Shown here one piece after another: positions 48,921-60,600 of a stretch of 64,000 nt of DNA. The notes under the pieces are model-generated. The model did not search any database. It worked only from the letters and a program-made list of their open reading frames with translations, and was not told where the DNA came from. Location: NCBI GenBank assembly GCA_051294375.1, contig CM119265.1, positions 22,072,278-22,136,277 of the forward strand, given 5' to 3'. How positions within the stretch are numbered: position 1 is the first letter of the stretch; the number at the start of each line of letters is the position of its first letter. Origin of the DNA: Paraspadella gotoi (lineage: Eukaryota; Animalia; Chaetognatha). The position numbers were made by a program, and so were the translations under genes.

Positions 48921-50631
48921 ATCGGTGCGGCGCTGCGGCGACGTAACTTCACCCCTGCGGCGCTCGCCCATGACGCGGCGGCTCGTTTGATTTTTTTCAT
49001 TTCGCGGCAAATAACGAACAACTAGAGATTGCATTCGGGGCAGCGACGCAAACTGCGTTATCTAATACGTATATTGGAATTGTTCGAGGAGGTTTTATAT
49101 AACCGATACAAAATATCTTTTTTTTTAATGAATAGATAAATAACTAAAATTTTAAATTCGTTAAACGGCTATTGATAATTATAGCCAAAAATAATAATCA
49201 TATTCAGTATTCACATTTGCTTCCACCAAGTTTTTTAAAAATAAAAAAAAAAGGAAAACGAAACACGTCTTAGGCTAAAACAAAACAAGAAGAATAAAAA
49301 AATAAAAACCATAACTACCTCTTTTGATTCAAACGACATTCGAAGAAATATCGAATCGGAAAAAGAAGAAGAAAAAAAAAGACAGAATTGGGAAAACGGC
49401 AACAACTCTCTTACCAATAGTTAAGAGAAACTTTTACCTTCCATGTTTAAAATTTAGGTGGTTTTATTATTCAATATTGAAGAGAAACTGTTAAAACTAC
49501 GCACGAAATTCGGCATGCAACTTCGCTTTATGTTCACTAGGAGCGACGTTCAATGTGCAGAGCCTCTCTTGAAGCCTTTGTAATGAAATAAAATTGCAGA
49601 CTTAGTTTGTACGAAACTATGCGAGTGAATTAACGTTGCGTGAATATACCCACCTTGGATGGCTTTTCCTAATTTGTAAGTCGTTTTGTTAAAAAAAGAT
49701 TACATTGTGCTTTTCATCAACATTGGTAAATCATCAATAAAATTTAACCTACTGAGAAACGCTATTCAAGAAGGTCATCTCAGTTAGTTATAAAACACGC
49801 AAGCCGTAACATATGAAAGAGTAAATCGAGTTTTATTATTGTATTATTTAAGCTTTAAAGGTTTTAAACAGTTAAACAGTTAAACAAGCATAAAAAGCGA
49901 AGGAAGCGGAAATATATCAGTTTTCGAGATAGAAAATATTTAAGAATGTTTACAAAATCGGACAAAAGGGAATCGACGAAACGAACGACACCTGACGGGA
50001 AATAAAAGTTACAAATCGTCGCTACCAGAAACATCCGGCATTTCCGGAACAGCGGCTCCCGCTACAGCAAATATTACAGTGTTGGAAAATGAGTAAGTCG
50101 CTGAAACTGTATTAATTTCAGTGAATTTTACAGCTTTTATTTTATAATCGAAAAAAAAAAATTCTGATTCAAATTAGATCTTTTTGAGAAAAATATAATT
50201 AAAAATACAAATGTGAGGTATTAAGAAATAAGGAATATATGAAAATGTATTTTTATAATTAAGATAAATTTGACGTGTATATACAAATATTTATTTGTTA
50301 AATATAGCATAGTCAAATGATGCAAGGATCAAGAGATTTAAGACCCACAAAGACGATAGTATATAAAAAAATATATTTCAATAATTTTCATGAAAAATAA
50401 AAAGGGCAATTGTTTTTCCTTTCTTTTCATTTGCACCTACTACTGTATTTTTAATAATATTTTACCGAATAATATTAACAAAAAAAACCTTTTAAATATT
50501 TTTTTTTTCTTTCTGTTTCAACATTAAAAGCAATAAGAGTTCCTGTCTTATTCATTTTCCAAAATGGTATCACGTAATGTCTCTTAATTTCATGAAACCT
50601 TTCCCTCTCCCTTTTCTTTCGGCCGGAAACG

Positions 50632-53600
50632 TCAGTCGTCTTTGGCGGATTTCCGGTCGTCGTCGCCGGTTTTTCCGGCGTCGACGGCGTCGATCGGACA
50701 CGAAGGGTAAATCGTCGCCGGGAAGGAGGGCTGTCGTTGCAGTTGCGGTTTCGGGAAAGCCTCCAGTTTTTTGACGAAACCGTCGGGCGGAATTCCGTTG
50801 GGGAGGCCTTGTCGAAGAGGGATTTAAAATTGTAACGTTATTATGTAATTGATTAATTCCCGATTGTTCAATTTACTTTTTGACACATGCTTTCATTTTT
50901 GATTGATTGATTGATTGGTTGATTCACGAATTGCTCTTCTGATAGATTGATTTAATAATATAAATTTCCTTTAACGAATGTTTATATATATATTTATATA
51001 TCTTTTTACACATAAATTACTCACTCACCCCCGTGCCTCATGAACATCTGATTAATAGGGACTTTCTTGATGTCGTCGTCGTCGACGTCGTCTCCGCCGC
51101 CGCCGCCGCCGCCAACTCCTTCGCCGCTCTCCTTGAAGTCTCTCCACATCCGCTCGAGGACGAGGGCGACGACGACGCCGTCCGCGTTCATCTCCATCAG
51201 TCGGAGGACGAAGACGACGTCGAGGGTCAAGTGGGCGTCGACGAAGCGTTGGAGGTCGGACGGGTCGACGTCGAAGTCGGTCGCGGAGGAGGCGAAGGGG
51301 AGGAAGTAGCGGCGGAGGAAACCTTGGATGTTGTGGGGGGGTTGATGGTAGGGGAAGGGATGGGGGTGGTTAGTGGAGGTGGTGTAAGATACAAAATGAA
51401 AAAAAAAAGCTCAACAATGAAAATCCGGTATGTTTTGCGGTAAAAACAGCTTAAAATGTAGATTCTGAAGAAGCGTCGCCACCCGTAATGTCCATTGTGC
51501 CTAATGGAGAAGGCGTCGGCCTCCGAGCCGAAGATTGTGGTTCGAGTCCATCAAGGTCGTAGCCATTTTTAAAAAAAAATCACCTTGTTTGTTCACGCAG
51601 CGACGAATCCAGACGATGGCGGAAAAAGGAATGAACAACAGCATCAGTATCATGAAAATCGCCAGAACCGAAAATATTTTGTCGTGATAGATGTTGAGCG
51701 GGATGGAACAGAGACAAGTCAGGCGAAGGAGGCGACCGTGGACCTGGTGGCAGGCGTGAGGATTGAGCAGTTTTTAAAAGAGTCAATGTTGTTTTGTTGA
51801 GAAAAAAAGTTTGGGAATTGCTTTCTGTTGCAGACACGTGCGGCTTTGAAAAAGTGTATAAAAGATTATCAGGCTGGAAAAATATGAAACACAATGTGGA
51901 ACCTGCGCTTCGCCCGTGTATTCGCAGAATGGTGGTGACGGGAATCTGGTTTGACAGCGGCCAAGACTGGGAGTCGAACACACCCTGAAAATGAAATGAG
52001 GAGATCCCGGTCGATTACAATGTACAATAGAACGTTAGATTACGTTGTATCACAGTGCATCAATCTAGCGTTTGAGCCTATCTTCAATTTAAAGTAATAA
52101 ATATTTAATACGCCATCAGTCTGATGTTATATTGACTCCCCTCCTCGCCGCCCTAAAAATAAGATGGAATCATCACAAACTCTTTCCTCACTCTGATGGT
52201 GAAGAGGCAATGTTCCAGATGTTGCTGTCGAGAAGGAGGACAAAAAGGCGAGTTGCAGCAAATTGTTGACGAGGATACAGCAACTTGGAAGTCATGTAGG
52301 AGAAGAAGAGGGAAGAGGAGCCTGTTAACAGGCTCAGGCGGGCTCTTCTCGCCTGAAAAGAAGCGGGAAAGGGTTGGGCCGGTTGGGTAGAGAGTTCGTT
52401 TCGGATCGAAAATACATTCAGGTCAAGGTTCGGATTCAACTTTCTCATTTTCTTTTATTTCTAACCCTTCGTCGCTCCTCTTAATCGATTAATTGATTAA
52501 AATGAAAAACATTTAATCAAAGAACCAGGGTTCCGCTTACAAACGGCGAATTTAGCAAAAAAAACCACTTTTTCCAATATTGTTCAGTTGTTACTTACAA
52601 TATTAATTTAATTTGTACCACAATACAAATTGGGCCGAACTAAGGATTGGTTAAAATCATCTCCACCTGTTTCTAATGATAACAAAGTACAATTTTTTCT
52701 ATATTTAGGAAAAAAAATCATGTCCATTTTTGTCCATTTTCACTTTCGTCTTCTGATTAGAGTGCCAGGAAAGTGAGAAAAATTTTTTACTTTGGAAATC
52801 CGTTCTTCCTTATTCTCTTTACCTCTGGGTTAATTTATTTCCTTAAATCATTTATAGTTTGCCTATGAATTAATTTTAAAGTTGACAAGTCAAAAAGTTT
52901 CATTTTCTGTTTTTATCATAATTTGTTAAACGAAAATTGTTCAAATTGGTTTAAATTAACAGAAAATATAGGCAATTGAATAAGCTTTTTAACACCTATA
53001 AAATTATCAAAAAACTTTTTTGGTTTAGCCACAAATAATTTTTAAAGACGTTTTTTAATTTGTGACTTTTTGTGACTTGCATTTATTTTGATAAAGAGAA
53101 TATTTCAACTCATTTGTTAGTTTTAAAGGATGAAGTACATACTGACGTTGATTAATAAAAAAAAACCGCATCCTTTTAATCCAATGGAAAACGTCAGGAC
53201 GTGTTTTTTCTGAGAATCGACAGATTTTGCGGAAAATATTTTCCGCAAAATCTGTCGATTTACTAAAATCTGCTAGGCAACCAAAATTGAAATAAAATCT
53301 TGCGCTACCCAAAATTTTTTTTACTACAGTTCATTCAAAACTTTTTCATTTGGTCACGTCAGAAAATAAGACAACAAGAGAAAAAGAGAAGTGGAGCGAG
53401 AAAGAGTGTGTGAAAATAAGAGGAGCAGGTAGAGGAAGAGGAATTGGATTTGAAAGTAGAGAAAAGGAGAGAGAGACGAAGAGAGAAGAAGAGAAGCAGA
53501 GATAAGAAGGAAGAAAACAAGTTTGAGCAAACAATGTCGGATCTGCCTAGAATAATTAATTAATTAATTAATTAATTAATAGATTAATTAATTAATTAAA

Positions 53601-54050
53601 TAATAGATTAATTAATTAATTAATTAATTAATAGATTATTTATAATTATATTCAGCTTGTCATCATCGATGTCCTTAAAATTGAGTCAGGACAGTTATTA
53701 ATGTTTTGTTTACATTTTATCAAAACAAACAAATATCCTCTATTATCGAGCCAGGCGGCAAAGCCCGTCCTGGCTAGATTTTGATTCGGTTTAGCTTTCG
53801 GTCTCGCTTTTTTGCAATCATGGCTTCTGAAATGTGATATCATAGGGAGTTGAATTTCATATATGGCTTCTAATCATCAAGATCTTTAAAATTCTCATGT
53901 TTCATATCAATATTCGTATTTGTTTATGTTTTATTTACAAAACAAAAACGTTTTAATTATATGTCGCTCTCTCTCTCTCTCTTTTTCTCCGTCACTGCTT
54001 CTTCTGATTTGTCTAAAAACGAGTTCCGGCTCTGCAGCGTCTGTCCAGCT

Positions 54051-54095
<45 letters not shown>

Positions 54096-54575
54096 TTTTT
54101 TTAACAAAAAATTTTTAGATATAATGTGGGTTCACTAATGTAAAAAACGATGCGCGAACCGTGCGCTTACCCGGGTCCTTTGGGTAAAGAAAATCTCACG
54201 CTACGTGCGGCGCCATAAGTACTGCTGATTCTTTAACGAGTAAAGGGGCTGTAGAGCTTCTCTCTCTCTCTCTCTTTTAATTATTATATAATCGCTCTTT
54301 CTCTTTCTCTTTTCTCTGCAGCGGCTGTCTCTCTCTCTCTCTCTTTTCTCTCTCTCTCTCTGTCTCTCTGTGTGTGTCTGTCCCTATCTGTCCGATCTCT
54401 TGCGTGATCGTTTGTTTTTTGAAAAATTCTGATTATTTTTTTTCTTCTAAAAACTTTTATTATTGCCATTTATTCCGCGCTTTTTTTCAATACAAAATCC
54501 ATATTTTTCATCCGAGATTTTCGTGGATTTATTCTCTTTCTTTCTCTCTCTCTCTCTCTCTTTCTTTCTCTCTCT

Positions 54576-54627
<52 letters not shown>

Positions 54628-57600
54628 ACTCATACACGCATTTGTTTGTTTTATTGACTATCATCGCATCAATGAATGACAATCATCGCATCAATGAATG
54701 ACATCATCGCATCACTGAATGACTATCATCACAGCAGTGAATGACTATCATCGCATCAATAATTGATTATCATTGAATCAATAATCAATTCCTATTACAT
54801 CAATAAACTACTATTAACATCAATCAATTAGTATTACCTCAATCAATTACTATTACATCAATAATTCGTATCGCATGATTCATTCGTTTTTTTCCCGGTT
54901 TTTTCATTAATTTTCTATGATAGTGGGCTCTGGCTCGATCTTTAGTCTTTTAAGATTTTTTATTTTATGTCTCCTTCTCTCTCTCTCTCTCTCTCACTCT
55001 CTCTCTTTCTCTCTCACTCTCTCTCTCTCTCACTCTCTCTTTCTCTCTCTCTCTCTCTCTTTTTATGCAATAGCGACGATCCTTATGCTTTTAAGATTTT
55101 TTTAACTTGCATCATTTTTTCAACTTGCATCATTTTTTTCAACTTGCATTCCGTCAAACCTTTATATCTAGCTTCTTCACTCACTTTCCTACCGGCTCAC
55201 AAATCTTCATCTCAATCTATCATGGGTTAAAATAAATAAAAGATTCAAGTAAAATGTGACTATTTTTTTCATTTAAACTCATTTCCACTAGTACGTTTCC
55301 ACTGAAACTTTATATCAAGCTTCGTCATACGTTTTCCTACCCACACACAAAATTTCAACTCAATCTATCCATCCAATTATGATTAATTGGAGTATTTATT
55401 GGTTAAAATAAGTAAAAAGATTTAGTAAATTCGACTTATGTTTTTTCATTTAAACTAATTTCCACTCACACGATTCCATCGAAATTTTATATCCAGCTTT
55501 ATCACACACTTTCCTACCCACACACAAAATTTAATTCCAATCCAACCAGCCAATCACGAGTTATTGGAGCTTTTTGCTAAGATGGACGGATGGACGGATT
55601 GATTGACTAATTAATTAATTATGATTAATTTATTTATAATTGATTAATTAACTGATTAATTATTTGATTTATTAATACATCCTGCAGATACATTTAATAT
55701 AAAAGGAAAAAAGAAGCATAATCATTAGTAAAACAGGTTTTTTGTTTTTTTCCATTTAAACTCATTTCCACTCAAACTATTCCATCGAAACTTGATTTCC
55801 TGTTCAATCACACACTTTCCTACCCACATACAAAATTCAGGTCCAATCAGTCCATCCACTCATGAGTAATTGGTGTTCAAATAGTGAATATATTTTTTTG
55901 GTTTTTTCCATTTAAACTCATTTCCACTTGGACGATTCCATCGAAACTTCATATCCAGCTCAATCACACACTTACCTATCCACACACAAAATTTCATTTA
56001 AATCCATCCATCCAATCACGAGTAATTTGGTGTTTTTTGCTAAGGTGGGACGGACGGACGGACGGACGGACGGACGGACAGACGGACGGACGGACATCAT
56101 TTTTTTTGCATAATTTATCATAATTCGATGTTCTGACATGATATAAGTGTGTGCCCGACAATATTGAGGGGGCGGACCGACGGACCGAAAAGTGAGTTAT
56201 AGAGTCGGGATCTGCTGATAAGCAGATCCGACTAAAAATAATAAAGTAAAAAAGGCAAAGAGAGGAAGAGAGAGGAAAGGGATGAGAGAAGGATTGAAGG
56301 AGGGAAAGAAAGAGTGTTAGAGAGAGTGACAGAGAGGAGAGAAAGAGAAAGGGATGAGCAGGAAGGATTGAAGGAAGGAAAAGAGAGAGTGACCAGAGAG
56401 GGAGGAAAAAGAAGGGAAAAAGAAAAAGGAGAGGAAAAAATTAAATTAGATTAAGTGTTCATCTTTATCCTGAAGAAGTTCTGTGAATCTGATTGACGCC
56501 TAAATCCTATGAACAATTTTATCTTTAAAAAGTTGTGCTTACCTATGAAAAATCGCATGTACTTCTTTCATTAAATTAAGCAGATAACGATAATTTGATT
56601 GAAGAAATCATGTCTTACCGTATTTTTGAAGGCTAGAAATTAACTATGTGCTCGATGTTATAAGGAAAAGATAACTATAGCCAAACCGTTTTTATAACTA
56701 AGAACGTCCTATATTTATCAGGTGGGGTTGAAAATAATGATAGTTATTTGAATTTCAAAATCATTGTCTAAAATACCCGAACGGGATTACAGCCAGGAAA
56801 TTGTTTTTTAAGGTTAACCGTTAGTAGAGTCGCAACTCTTCATAAATAATTTTTGATTTGCCCACACATGCTATGCAAAGGAACGCCACCTAAATGTTAA
56901 TGTACTTTTTTCATTGAACACATTACAATCTACAGTATGAGTAGATTGACTTTGTTTCTTAAAGTCTAAAACAAGGTCACAATTTTGTTTCAAATGAAGA
57001 ATTTTTAAAAAATTGTGTTACTTGATTTTTTTCATATAGTTTTTTTTTTAATTTTAATTTATTCTTCTTTCATTTATTTCCTTAGCCTTTAAGATCAACG
57101 GCTCAGAAAAATTTCGCTTGCCAAAATATTGTTTTTGATCAGTAAATCTTTCACGCTATGTCCACCCCAATAAAAAATAATTTTCACTATTGTATTTGAC
57201 ATGGTTTTTCGGGCGGCACTGCTCTACTTTTAAAATTAAAAAATGACCTATATTTCAAATAAACAAAAATAATTATTTCTTCATTGAGTCCTTGCCCCGA
57301 TTTTCATTTTTAAAAGCTCCGTAAAAAACCCACTGTGACCAACAATGGACAAAGCTCTAATCCTTTTATTTTTGTCAGTCGCACTCAACGTCGCCGATTT
57401 GTTCACAGACTTCCAAACGACTCATGGTTTAACCTTGAGTTCGTTTTACATCTTCGAAATCCTCGGCTACACCATGGCGCCGTTATCGCTCTCCACGCCC
57501 TCGCCTCTGGCATTTACGCCTGGCGCCAACTGTCAAAGAACAAAAGTCTCTATCGCAGATTGTGGGGTCTTGGTGGGGCGGTTGGCGACTTTTTTGTGTT

Positions 57601-60600
57601 GTTTTTCCGGTTTGGCAAACGTCGTAGTTTCGATTGATAATTATTTGGACGAATATTTCGGGAGAAAAAAAATAGCGTCAACGGGGGAAAATGGTCCAAT
57701 GGAATTCTTTGAAGGAAGTGGAATCTTTAGGCGTAACGTCGAAGAAGATTGTGGAATCGAGATTCAAAAATGGCAAGCCGTTACATAAAAAGTTAAGGAT
57801 GCTTCAACTGCATCCTCAGCGACATCGAGCAGGAATAAATTGTCATCAATGGTCAAAGTGAAGGCAAATGAGACATTGACCACCAAGACGTTGGAAAACA
57901 CGAGTTTGGCCCAAAATATCTCGAGTTAGAAAGAGAACTGGCGATTGAAACGTCACGAACGAAACTCAACCTCTCCAGTGTCTCGACCACATCCACCTTC
58001 TCCTCGAATCTTTCCCGCAACTATCGTCCAGAGCGGAGTCCTCCTCCTCCAGCTAACGAGTGAATCCAATAAATATGCTTGCCCGACAAGCTTTACAATT
58101 TTGTGGACAGCAAAAGCGCCACTCTGTACAACTTCAAGGAAGACGCCAAGCGAGCGTTGCGACCAGCGCCTGCGCTTGCCAAATGAGGCCCGGCTCAAGA
58201 AACGGGAACGTAATCAGATGCTATTGGGACATCGAGGACGAAATATACAGGATTCTAATATCCTTCGCGCTCTCCGTGACCGGGTTGGCGGTGACGGCGG
58301 CAAAATATCGAGCCACTTCTCAGTCGACCATCGTTTTGGGAATCGCGCAAGGAATTTTTGGATTGGACGTTTATTTGTATGTAGTATTGTCTCAGGTAAA
58401 TTATTTAATGACTTTGAGGTATATTGGGAGATAAATTTTTAAGCAAAAGATTTTAAAAAGGTTGAACATTAACATCTAATTTAGGGGGTCAAATGATTAT
58501 AAAATCATGACTGTTTTTGTTTTTCGGTATAAATTTAACAAAAACTCGTCATGTCTGACTCCAGACGCCAGACAATGTTGGGAGTCATTTTTCAGGTTGA
58601 GAATCGCGCCATCCATCCGTCCGTCCGTCCGTCCTCTTAGCTTAAAACGCCAATTACTTATGAGTGGGTCGAGCGATTGACGTTAAATTTTGTGTATAGG
58701 TGTAAAAGTTATTGATTGAGCTGGAAATTAAATTTTGAGAGAATCGTCTGAGTGGAAATAAATTTTAATACAAAATAAAAAAATCAAAGACGCGTCTTTC
58801 TGTATTGTATTTGTATCTGTATTTGATTTTTCTTATTTCTTATATTCCGAATGCAAGCTGCAACAGCAATTGTAAGAAACACCACAACTACCACAATGAC
58901 CGCAACTACCATAACCAGACCGACCGACCGACACTGAAGTGTTTAATAGAGTTGCTCCGCAAGTATTCGCGTCGCAACTAAAAATATTTATAATTTTAAA
59001 CCTAAGTGAGACAAACTATTAAACAGATGCTAGAAACCTACCCAAAAGAGGCTTATACGATATACATTATACTATTTATAGTCTCTAGTAGCGACGCAAC
59101 TAATTATGTACTAGATGTATTTTATCATAGGCACTGGAAAAAACTCCGTATATTTTCTTTCTGACGCCACTGGTTATTCTCCGCGTCTTATCTGTCTCAG
59201 AATTTAAAAATCTCCTCTTAAGCATCGGTCAAATTAATTTCGCTTTTAATCGTATAAAAGAGCAAATTTCGTTCACAATGTTTCTTCTCATGACTCAGTG
59301 GACACTTTTCATAGCGAGTGTGTTTTTTTACTTTGATAAGTTCGTCACCATTATCGATAACTTCGAAAACTTTTACGTGAGTACTGAGCACATGCAAATA
59401 TATTTTTGTTTGAACAGTCCGTAATTAGATTCAACGGATTCACCGGATCGGAGAATGTCTTGAAAACTAAAGCCTTGGGCGAGACGCCCCAGGCTTTACT
59501 TTTCTATTTTCTAGGAATAAAATTAAACTTAGTTTCAAATTTAAATCTATTTTCTTAAATGTTAAAGCATAAAATTAAGTTTATTATAATGGTAATTTTT
59601 AACTAACCGAAATCAATTTCTTCCCTTATAAGGCAAAACCTGCTCTGATGGCTAATTTGTTTCTTATGGACAAAAGTCCCAGAATCAGGTTTAATTTATT
59701 TGACAATTGTTTCTCACTTTTTGGCTTAATGGATACTCAAAAATGGAACGAGTCTATTACTAACCTTTATAGTCAAAATGAACAGTATACCCAATGTCCA
59801 GTAAAAGTCAACTCGGCAATGACATTTCGCTGGCTGACCACTTTGCAATTGGGAAACTACAAATATTTAGATATAAATTACGAAAATATTTTGTACATGA
59901 TGATCATTGATCTATCTCTCAGCGTTTCTTATGTGACAATTTATTTGCATGAAAAACAAAACTTACTAAAAATGGCCGAGTTTTTAATACCCGGTTTGGT
60001 TCCCATCCTCGTCCTTGCTTGTCATCTTTATGACACCATCAGTCATCAAAAATTATATGATAAACTCGACCTTTATCGTTGCAATGATACTTATTACATG
60101 CGTGAAATTTTAGTCGACTTTAATCTTTGTGGTACTACGTTTAAAGAGACTCACAGTCAGTTATTACGTTCCAAAGAAAGGCAATACCGTAGTTATACAC
60201 TTTTGACAAACTTCGCATTTTCGTCATTTTTTTTGTTTTCCGTCTTTTTTTTTTTAGAAACTTTTCGACGAATAACAATTAATTCATTTAATAGATGGCT
60301 TAACATATTGAAGAAGTGTTTAGAACTTTTGTTTTTAACGTTGCCCCCTTTCGCTCTTCTGTTCAGACAAGGCGATGATTCGAGCGAAAAATTCATGCAC
60401 GATTTTTTCAAAGTATACGACAACTTTCACGATGCACAGTCAAGGTTGACAGACCTTTATTATATAAATTATTCAAAAATATACGATGACTTGAAAGATG
60501 ATAACTTAAAAAGAGAAGAGTATGTCTCCAGCATCGTTGCAAGTCAATTCATTTCATTCATTATGCACAGCGAAAATTTTTTGATTATATTTTATCTTTC

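Noticed and set aside
46660-49034. Long poly-X ORFs
   Set aside because: Artefacts of N-gaps; only the flanking scramblase exons are real
53920-55230. SLSLSL/RERERE ORFs
   Set aside because: Translations of (CT)n microsatellites
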